The notes under the pieces were generated by a model. That model saw only the letters and a list, made by a program, of their open reading frames with translations. It was not told where the DNA came from and made no database searches. A stretch of DNA of 59,726 bases, the filler included, from Sphacelaria rigidula (lineage: Eukaryota): assembly GCA_964200075.2 (NCBI GenBank). It is 6 parts of 6 records of this genome, joined end to end, with 100 filler letters (N's around TTAATTAATTAA, not from the genome) between each part and the next. Parts side by side here need not be neighbours in the genome. Positions count along the whole stretch, not along the records: positions 49,857 to 59,726 come from CAXNAA020007588.1; 5 more parts are not named here. One strand, given 5' to 3'. Positions 49,949 through 59,726 of the stretch are shown here, piece after piece (the stretch's first letter is position 1; each line of letters opens with the position of its first letter). The translations under genes were made by a program, and so were the position numbers.

Positions 49949-52900
49949 ATCGGACGCGAAACCCAGAAACATGCCCAGCAGCCGCTTCTTGTTCAAGTTC
50001 GAAGATCACCTGCGTCTGCCGACGCTCACCATAAAGGAATCCGTAATCGGGCACCAGGGGATCGACCCGAGGCGCATGCTGTGGTGGACGTGGTTGGCCA
50101 TACCTTGGTCACCCTCCGCGCGTACCGTTGTCACCAATCTTCTCGCCGTCATCGCCCGGGCGCCGCCACCTAGGTATACTCAGGATGTAGGGGGCACGTA
50201 GGTTCGTTTCTCGTATCACAACCCGTCCGTTTCCCGGTACATTCGGATGATGTCAACCCTTTGATGACCGCAGTTCGTCGTATGTTCAATCGGCACCGTC
50301 TTCACTTGAAAGCTGACCGTTAGACTCATACCGCGCACCCTGGCGATAAAAGGGTTGCGTTACCCAGGGAATCGTATTATTTCAGCCCCTGAGTTGACAT
50401 GGATGGAGAGCAAGTCTCTGGGGTTCCTGGGGTTCCGTCATTTCGGTCCCCTAAAGGAATTCATGAGAGGTCATTGCCCGCAGTCAACAGCTTGCTTGTC
50501 TAGTCCCTGAGGGCTGCTCGCTTCCTCTGGGACTAGCAACTGGGGGTGTGCTCCACACTACCATATCCACGAATAAAGACTTGACTACAGGACATCTAGA
50601 AGTCCGACTCAGCACCCGCGGCAGTAGCCAGTTTTTTTCCGTGGGAGCGGAGTGCTCTTATTTTGCGTGGACGGTGGAATCAGCTTCGGAACCCACGGAG
50701 TCTGCCATCGTCGGGAGCGTGGTGCTGTCACATACCTGACTTGCTGTTGTTATTGTTGTTGTTCCTTGTTGTTGCTCCTTTGATTATCTTGCTTTCGTTC
50801 CCTTTCTTCTCCTCTCCTCTCCTCGTGGGGATGTGTTGTTGTTGGTGTTGGTGTTGGTGTCGTCGTCGTCGTCGTCGTCGTCGTCGTTATTGTCCAGAAT
50901 AAGTGTTTTTCCGTCGCGCTTTCAATCCCCTCCTTGTAGATACGAGGCGGTGGTCTCAAATAAACCAACCAATCTGCCCCTCGGTACACGGCTTGCATGT
51001 TGGTACTCGCAAGTCCGATCAGCGCTCCCGCATGGGGTCAACTCTCGTCGATCAAACTCAGTCAAACAAGCTACCCTTGACACTCACGTCGCCATGCTTT
51101 CACCGGTGGAACATGACTGCGTCATTATCACGCCCTTCGTCGACCAAAGCGAAACCAAGCGGGTTACAGTACTCCGACCGGTGCCTTAGCACATCATTTT
51201 TCGATCGAAAGAGTGCGGTGGAAAACAAATATTCCGATCTGAGAGGCCGTGGTTTTGACCATCTCCAAACGAGAATGGTTGGAATCACGAGTAATAAAAT
51301 CGGAATATTTGCTTTCTACCGCACATTTTCGATCGAAAAATCATGTGCTGATTATACACGCTCTCACACTCCGTATGCTGGATGATAACATTTGCAAGGT
51401 TATCAGCTCCTTCCGCTCTCCTTCTCTCGACTGATCTCAGGGTATCGGAGGCCACCAAGGCTGATAACGCGCCGCTGTCCAAATCCAACAAGAAGCGCAT
51501 CCTGAAGCACATGGAATCCGGGGTGGCGAAGGGGAGTGCCCAGCTGGCTGGGGTGCAGAGTCACGGTGTTTTGTGGGAGGTGATCTCTGACTTGTTCGTC
51601 ACCCGTCTGGGGACGTGCATGCTGGTCCGGAGCTTGGTTCTTGAGAACAGGTGCGTGCGTATTAATATACATACTTCCTCTGTCTCATAAGTCTGGGGAG
51701 TTATGGGCTTTGAATCGTTTGCGCATTCAAACTCTCCCGATCATCCTATCGTTGGTTTCGCTGGAGAGGTGAAGCGCGAACGAAGTTGATGCAAAATATA
51801 TATATGTAAGAAAAACGTTAGTTTTCCATACTAGAATGACGTCAAAATATACCCATTTTGGTCCACTGTTGTCCACGTACACCCTACTATTGACCAATTT
51901 TGGACGTTTTTACGTCAAACACTAGCGATTATATGCTGCAAATAGGTGTGATGGGGTGTGCGTAGGGTAACGTCACGGAGACATCCAAAATCAATGGTCC
52001 TTGTGCGATTTTCAAGTTTTTTTTCACGGTTTTTCGCGATTTTTCGTGTTCCCGGATCCCCCATGCTTACTGGGAAAAAGGGCGAACATATGCCGTTTCT
52101 TGGCTGACCCACTTTTTCTCGACCGCGAGACTGCACGCGTCGAGCACCCACGTTGTAGGAAAAGTGTTGTTCTTAGCTAAAAAAAACGGCAACGAATGCA
52201 ATAAAGGGATCGAAAATCGAATCGGACACAGTTAAGGGGTCGTACAAAGATAACTTCCCAGACTTATCAGACAGAGGAAGTATACATGTATTGTATGTCT
52301 TATTCGGTATGCTATAACGGGGAGATTTTGGCGGTTCTTTGTGCATTCTTGAAGGATATTCGGGGAATATTCTCGTCGTATTTGTCATTGCTCATTTCGC
52401 GCGTTGTCCCGGTTTTGTTGTTCCTTGTTGGAATTGTTTGGGATTTCTTGTGCATATTACGTGTAGGTCGAGTCGTTTGGTGTGCGTGTGTGATTTTGTT
52501 TTCAGGCTATCCTTTTGTTTCCACGTTGCGTGTGATGATTCGATATGGTGATAATTCCCACTTGAGTGAACGGTCCGCTCAGTTCGTGTGTGTCATAATC
52601 CACCGTGTGCGTACGTACCTTTCTAGGTCTATCTGCATTTTTCTTCTGGAGGATGACTCAGTTTCAATAAATTGAAATATGTCGACGCCTGAAACTTGTT
52701 AGGATACGTCAGTGCGGTATAACGTAGCGTCCGCGGGTATTTCATACCACACCCTACCCTGAGCACCTTCGAAACCAACCGGCTAAGCACCAATCAAATC
52801 ATGAAAAAATACAGGGACGAGAGCCCTTTCCCTCCGAACGAAAAGCACTACCACATGGTCGCGTTGGAGCTGAGAGGCGCGGACAAAACCGCCGTGTTTG

Positions 52901-55900
52901 ACTACCTCCGGACGGATACGGAGGCGTTGGGCGAGGTACTGAATCGCATCGTCAGGGAGGATTGCCTAGCTGCGGACCACTCAGCGGCGTTCCTTGACAG
53001 GTGACTGCTTGGTTAGGTTGTCGTTGGTGTTGGCGTTACTTCGCCGGAATGCGCTCGTTGCTTCTTCACTTTTTTTCAGTTTTGTCGTTTTCCCCCCCCC
53101 CCTCTTTTTGTCCTGTTTTTCTCCTTTTTTATTTTCTTTCTTTTTTCTGTTTTTGTTTTTCTCGTTTCGTCGTTTATTGCGTTAACTCCTTACTCCTGTC
53201 GCTCCGAAGTATACCCGGCGACAACAAAAATGGAAAACAGCACCCTTCTGACCTTTCCTGTTCCGACGTTTGGCTTCAAAATATATTTCGCTTGTCGCTC
53301 AGCAAATCGCTTGGAACTCTCCACAACGTGAAGCACGGGAAGTCAGGACAGGAGCCGGAGTGGCAGCGGACGGGCTACGGTGGTCGCCTGAAGAGGGTCC
53401 GCGACATAGTCATGGCCCCCAAGGTATGGACTGTTCTCCTGTGCTCTCATTATGTTTTGCACTTGTCCATGTATGAATGTGCTGTGGATGAGTACAAAAT
53501 ACAAGTATAGCACAGCACAGGACGGCACAGTAGAACGGGAGGAATGTACGGTAGGCGTGCACTTTTGAGTAAATAACATTTTCTGAGGTTGCACACTGAG
53601 GCCAAGATGTTTGTCATCCAGAAGCTCCCACAGTGCAGAGGCTCATAAAGACAAAATGTGCACCCCTGCCGGGGAACTACACAATGGCCCTTCTCATGCT
53701 CATATTCAGCGCGAAAGTGTGGGTGAGTACGAGGGTGAGCACCAAAAACAACTACTGCTGGGTGAGGAAGAATTTTCAGTGAAATTGGACAAGCGAACTT
53801 GCAGATAACCTGGCGATTCCGTGTCTGTGGTCTCACATGGTGACCGAATGGTATCTGTCCTGAGCGAAGTGTTAATGATCCACCTTACCCGAAGGTGTCG
53901 ATTATCGTGACCGTGTGTGTGTACGGGGTGTAAAGGGAAAAATATAGTTTATACCCTACAACAGTGTCCACACCCGCAGCCAGATGTGTGTACCTCCCAA
54001 AACTTATGGCATAGTCGACTCGTACACAAGAGAGAACGACTTGATCGCGTAGGATACACACTGTGAAATATGACGAGTGCACTGCAGTGTGACGTGAATA
54101 CAGGAATATAATATGTGCATCGGGTTATGTTACCGACGTAACACAGGATTCGTCGGTGGTGCACGGCTACGGGGTCGGCATGTACTACTCCATGCCCGTG
54201 ATCATCGAACTCCTGCTGCAGCTGCTCAGCGGAGGTGGCAGCAGTATCTACACTAACTCCGAGGTCGGCAAGTTCGAGACGGTCGTGCCCCTTGCCTTAC
54301 TGCACTCGCTCGTGTTCTTCGGTGGAATGTCGCTCGGGGCCGCGAAGATCAGGTATCGTGGAAAATGACCATTAACATCATCAAAGCGGCGCGAGTGAAC
54401 TTTTGCGTTCTTATGCAACACGTATTGTACTCTTCCGATGCGTTTGGTACATCATCGCTATTTTACCACCACGATCTCGGGCCAATTGATGCCGGGAGAC
54501 CCGATCAACAACGAACGTGAGGCGGGATGACGTCAAAAGAGGATGGCTTTAGTCGTTCGTGATGCACAAATCATTCGTCGACCCAAGTTCTGCACGGTAA
54601 GCGACGTGGGTTCAATATACAGTAGTAGGTTGCGTTAGTGAGAGGGGGGGGGGGTGGGAAAGGGGAAAATAAAAGGTTGCTTTCGTGGCCCTTGTCTTTC
54701 CCTATATCTTGGCTTGTGCTTCCGTACTGTGCAGCTCTGTCAACTTTTTCTCGTTCATGGTGATCAAGATGGTGCTGGCGCAGATCCAGTTCCTGACCGT
54801 GCTGATCGTCGTGAGCGTCGTCATTCTACCTTTCGTCGTGGGCGGCGCACTCGTCCTCTGGTGGGACGAGCTAGGACTGGTGGGTGCCTCTTTTTTCAGT
54901 TTCTCGCAGTCGTTTTTCTTCTCTCCCCTCTTTTCCCACTTCGTCGTTGTTTACGTGGAAATGTGAATAATATTTTCAGTATGTGGTAATCGAGTCTCAA
55001 TCAATAGTATTTCCCATTCATGTTCGAAATAGCAGTTTCCATTTTTTTTTTTTAACTTCAGTCCAGTAAGGCCTTGGAATGAGTGTGAACGGAGAATTTC
55101 TGCCGGAAAGGAGAGGTCGACCTCTCCACAATGGCTAGGAAAGCCCGTGTGCCGAATCGTGAACCTACGGAGCCCCCCTGTATGGTGTGCGAAACACAAG
55201 CATGTCCCGTGGCGCACTCGTATCGCACGTAAAGCTTGTTCCCTGGATTTTATTTGTCTCTTTTTTCTCGTGTCGTTTTCTATCTTCCTTCCTTGGCCGC
55301 ACTTGAAGCAACCACGTTGGAAATAATACCAGTACAAGTTTTTGGTCCCGGCGAAAACCCGGCGTTCTCTGTTCCGGCTTTGTAGAGGCGGACCCCCTGT
55401 GGTGTTGGCGTCGGTTGGCAACGACGTTGTAAACACACCACTCACTCCGAAGCTAAGCCATCATAGTAGTAGAACCATATCATATTGTGCGGGGTGGGAG
55501 AACCCCACGTCGGCGCAAAAAGGATGATCGTACTACGTAGTGTTGGAATAATGAGACACCCATAAGGCAGCGTGTGTAAGCCGTGAGTGTCTCTGGAGGT
55601 GACGATGTCAGAAAACGAGGCAGATCATTGGAAGCTGTCATCCATTTTCAAGTTAATCAGTAGCCTTCGGGCCGAACAATCTTAACCAGGATGCAGCTTG
55701 CCCTTTATGCGACTCGCCAAACACACCGCGGTGCTTCGCGCTTGATGATTGATCGGAGCCTGGTCCAGCGAAAACCGGGCGTGCTCCGTCCCAGCTTTGT
55801 AGGGGTGCGAAGTCAATGGTCTTATGCCTATAGCATGCATCATCATGAGTACACGACCCCTCTTCCCCCCCCTTCCCCCCAGCATGCTACATGCTCCGTC

Positions 55901-58900
55901 TCGAAAGGAATGCGTGGTCAATGGTCAAATGACTATGGCAAGCAACAAATCAGTACGCCCCCCCCCCCCCTTCCCCCCAGAGATCCTTGATTGGTTGTGG
56001 TTGATGGATAAATTACGTCATCCTCCAAGGATCCCGCCGTGTGCTCACATGATATACGTATTCGAGACAAAACGAGGTGGGAAAAGAGTCAAAGAATAAT
56101 CATTGGAACTGAATACTGAAAATCCTCGAAATCAGGCCGCAACGTTCGTGGGAGTATTCTATTTCGTGGGGCTCTACATCATGCTGGTGTCGCTCATGCT
56201 GGCTACCACCGGTGGAAAGCCTTGGAGTTCGTTGAGCGGCCGCATCATGCTGCTGGCGCACGCCCTGTTGTTGGTCAGCCCCGCTATTTCTTTCAGTGGT
56301 ATCATGCCGACGGAATATGAGGTGCGGAAAGTGTGGTGTATCTACTGGTCCGAGCAGTAAGCGAAAGTGGGGGAAATGTTTGCACTTGCAGCATATCTTC
56401 TCCTTGTGTTTCTGTAGGTTTGATGCTAAACTTCTGAGTACGAGTAAGATCGGATATGATCTGAGTGAACGAGTCTTACCAAATCTGATCGAACCATGTT
56501 ATGCCGGGCTGCGTTTTATTTTTTTTCCAGTTATTTCATCGACGGGTCGAAGTGGATCACATGAAATTCGACAGAATCATGTCACGTTTGGACTGTCCTC
56601 CGTACGAGCAGTAGCTTTGTTTGTTCTTCCGTCGTATAACTGTTCTGACCAGTCAGTTGAAATCAAGTTGGATCAGATCAAATGTGTAAAATTCAAATAT
56701 GACAATGTCCTCTTTGTGTCCGTTGTCTTCGGTGCTCCCCCCCCTCCGTGTTTTCTTTGACGCATCAAATGCTTATCCGCTACGAACAACGGATTGTTCG
56801 CCCGCATACACACACATACGCACAATGGAAACTGATATAAAAAAAGAACGACACGTTCCTTGTTGGGGTGGGAATGCTCATGATCACGCTTGTGGTCGGA
56901 TTTACGTCCAACATCCGGAGGATCTACAACATGACCCAGACGACACAAAAGCTTACGCTGACGGAAGACGAGTGGAAGCAGTGGAATGAGCAGCACAAAG
57001 ACAACGTCGACCCTGTCGCTCTCTTCTTCAAGAGGTGCGACCGTTGTGGACAAAATTCGCGTGGTACAGTTGAGCATATGACAAAGGTTGCTTGCCCTTT
57101 TGCAGGCAACGGAGGCGGGGAGGGGTTTACTCATGATCATGCATGCCAGAGTCATACGACCATTGTTGGGGGCGGGAGGGGGCGGGGCGGGGGTCGAGGA
57201 CGTATTACAGTCATGATTTTGCAGGCCGTAGTCGCATGACCGTTGACCTCGCATACCCTACGGAGCCGGGACTGAGCACCGCCGAATTTTCGCCGGACCA
57301 GGATCGCAATCAATCATCGAGCGCGAAGCACCGTGACGTGTTCGGCGAGGCCAAGTGTGAGCTATATTCCGCTAGGGTTGTTCGCCTCGAAGCGTATCTA
57401 TGACCGAGTCGGTGAAGACACAGTAGAGTCTGCGTCAGAGGCTGACGTGTCTTGCGGGTAGAAATCCCGAAGTATCGGGCACTGATTTATACATGTCCCC
57501 CGCGTTTTCGTATGAAGTGATAGTTTGTACGATGTGAGTGGCAGCCCTCCCTTCATCCCACCATGTTTTCGTCCGTCGTTTTACACAGTTTTGCACCTTT
57601 GCTTTTCGGCACAGATATCAGTGCGCCCCCCGCACTCCTGCTCCTTCTGGTTTTAACAGTTGAGGTGTATATGCGGGTAAAGGTCAGGGCTGGTGAATAC
57701 GCTGACTGATGGCTCAGGGGATATGTCGTGAATCGAACAAGGGCCTATCTCACGCACAGGCTATTTCCCTTCCTGCCCGCCCCGTCGTTGTGTCTAAATA
57801 TGTACGTACAGGGCGTCTGGCCCAATATCTGCGCTGCGCCACCCTCTGACTCGGAAGAGGCGTTACGGCATGATGGATGCAGACCTCGAGAAGCTTCTGC
57901 TTGAATTCGATGCTATTCGAAGCGCGCAGCCCGTGCCTCCTAGGTGGAGCAAGTCGTGGGATGATCGCCTGAAGAGGGGACATGCGGTGTGTGTATGTGT
58001 GTGTGTGTTGTCACACATATCAACCCATAGTTCATCCTGTGCTTCATACCTTACAATTTGATGTGCTGTTTTTTCCCCACAACTTCCACTCCGTCCACCT
58101 CGCATACTCATGTCCTCGAAAATACGTCAACGAGAAGCCATCCGAAGATTTAGTCTCATGCATCACTTCTTTGCTATTTGGAGGACCTTATGTGTCTAAT
58201 CATCCCCCTTTGCATTCGCTCTCTGGATTTTCAAAATTGACTGAAACATGTACCAGCCTTGCGCATACCATCATTTCTTGGGCAGTTGATCACCATGTAT
58301 ATTTAATGCTGTCAACATCGCCATTCACGCTGATGCTTGGAACCGCTGCCCTCTCCTTCCTGAGGACGAGCCCGTAGCCTCAAGCGATCAATCAGCCCAT
58401 CTTCCCCGGTACACGCCTGACGTTTTGGCATCACGGATTGGACCAGCACTACTCCCGCACCGCGTGGACTAAGGCCCACATGCTTGTGATGACGGGAATA
58501 ATTTTTGCTCCTGACAGAACAAAAAATATGAAATACCCGACATTCGAAACCCAACCTCCGCCGTTCCCGGTTTATGGCGTATTATATTCTCCCCGTCACA
58601 ATTTTCAACCCCTTCCGTTCCCCGGGACGAGTCTTCGGTGTCCTAGGATCGGTTTATTGTAGAATTGCGGATTCGAGGGGTACTCCCGCCGATGTGCACC
58701 CCTGTCCAATCCAGCCCGGTAACGTACCACCTATCGTTTGTTTTTGTCCGCGCTGCGTTTTATTTTGTCATGTTCCAAAACGCACGGCAGGATCTCGTGG
58801 CGGTCAACCGTGGTTCGGGTGTGGAAACTGCGTCCACCATATGGGCTGTAGTGAAGTGGGACGTTTTGTACGGTGCTGCCTACTTCCTCATGGCCTTCTC

Positions 58901-59567
58901 CGACAACATGGTGTGTCTCCGGTCATGGATGGAACATACAAGTGTACCCTACGACAGCAATAGGGCGACTTGCATCACAATCGGCGCGATATGGCTTGTG
59001 TCTTTCACATTATTGACGCGACACGGCTCGTGTCTTCTCGATATCGCCTCCTTCCCCGCCTGCCTCCCCAGTTCGCGCAGTAAAACCAAGCAATTGAATG
59101 TGCAAAATTGATTTCATGGGGTCATTTTCGACGATGACAAAACATGGCTGTCCTTGCCCCGTTTTCCCGAGGTTTTAAAGAAGACAGGAAAAAAACAAAA
59201 AAGCGTTCTGCGAATCTCAAGACATGTGTATGGGTCCCCCTTGAGCAGAAGCCGCAACCCCACAACTAGATGAAGGTCGGCGCTCAGAGAACCCCGAGCA
59301 ATATATATGAATGAAGTTGGATGTTCTTGATTCGCCGAAACTCGCTCATCTGCATGCATGTGTCGTGCATGGATTCCTCCCCTTCTCTCCGTCTGTTGTG
59401 CTATTTTGTTTTTCTTGACACCACTGTATTCGCCCGCACTTTCACGTCTAACCCTTTTCAAGACGAGCATCTGGACGGAGAAGACTATCGTAGAGTCAGA
59501 CGAGATCTCCATTCTGGCGCTCGCTCTGTTCATCGTGGCCACTGCGGGTCTGGAGTCGATGATGATG
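49947..59567 (+). CDS. Internal part of a large hypothetical multi-pass membrane protein
   Basis: In-phase exons: about 49947-50173, 50940-51002, 51441-51650, 52815-53000, 53303-53423, 54147-54352, 54735-54879, 56136-56321, 56847-57034, 57812-57986, 58791-58910, 59463-59567. A soluble region is followed by about 7 hydrophobic segments, a loop and at least 2 more. The first acceptor is obscured by poly-G/T. Confidence 0.82.
50834..50887. repeat. (GTT)/(GGTGTT)/(GTC)n simple repeat, intronic
   Basis: Directly visible. Confidence 0.9.
51674..52280. mobile_element. 607-bp Stowaway-like MITE (Tc1/mariner), intronic
   Basis: TA|CTTCCTCTGTCTCATAAGTCTGGGGAGTTAT ... ATAACTTCCCAGACTTATCAGACAGAGGAAG|TA. 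The TIR resembles the Stowaway consensus CTCCCTCCGT. Confidence 0.88.
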
Positions 59568-59726
59568 GTGAGCGCGCGCTCCCCGAGGCTGTGGTTAGCC
59601 GCCCATGCCACAAAAGGGGAAGGGGGAAAGGGGGGGGGGGGGGGGGGGGGGCCTATCCGGAACAAAGGGGCCACAGATTTAAGAGGAGTTACACGCTCGG
59701 GGGGCACTGGTACTTGGGTTGGAAGG

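Noticed and set aside
59114..59707. 197-aa minus-strand ORF
   Set aside because: It is antisense to a well-supported plus-strand exon (59463-59567) and runs through a poly-G tract.

Overview
This window is eukaryotic, intron-rich DNA of about 50% GC. Splice signals, repeat types and gene content suggest a stramenopile, most likely a brown alga (inference). It is not one locus. It is six size-sorted contigs (1-9872, 9973-19844, 19945-29815, 29916-39786, 39887-49756, 49857-59726) joined by artificial 100-bp linkers (N44-TTAATTAATTAA-N44), so nothing can be inferred from adjacency across linkers. Manual splicing gives five gene models. (a) A 10-exon partial gene for a divergent ankyrin-like repeat protein that runs into a transmembrane region resembling DMP/DUF679. 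(b) A complete 5-exon, 262-aa DIX-domain protein with DDLL motifs. (c) A weaker minus-strand hypothetical gene. (d) An internal part of a large fibronectin type III repeat protein. (e) An internal part of a large multi-pass membrane protein. The rest is rich in mobile elements: a decayed Ty3/Gypsy integrase-chromodomain fragment, a tRNA-derived SINE family, Stowaway-, Tourist- and mariner-type MITEs (one carrying a tRNA-like cassette), a foldback element, a poly-C-punctuated modular repeat and microsatellites. All domain calls are by-eye motif recognition; no database search was run.
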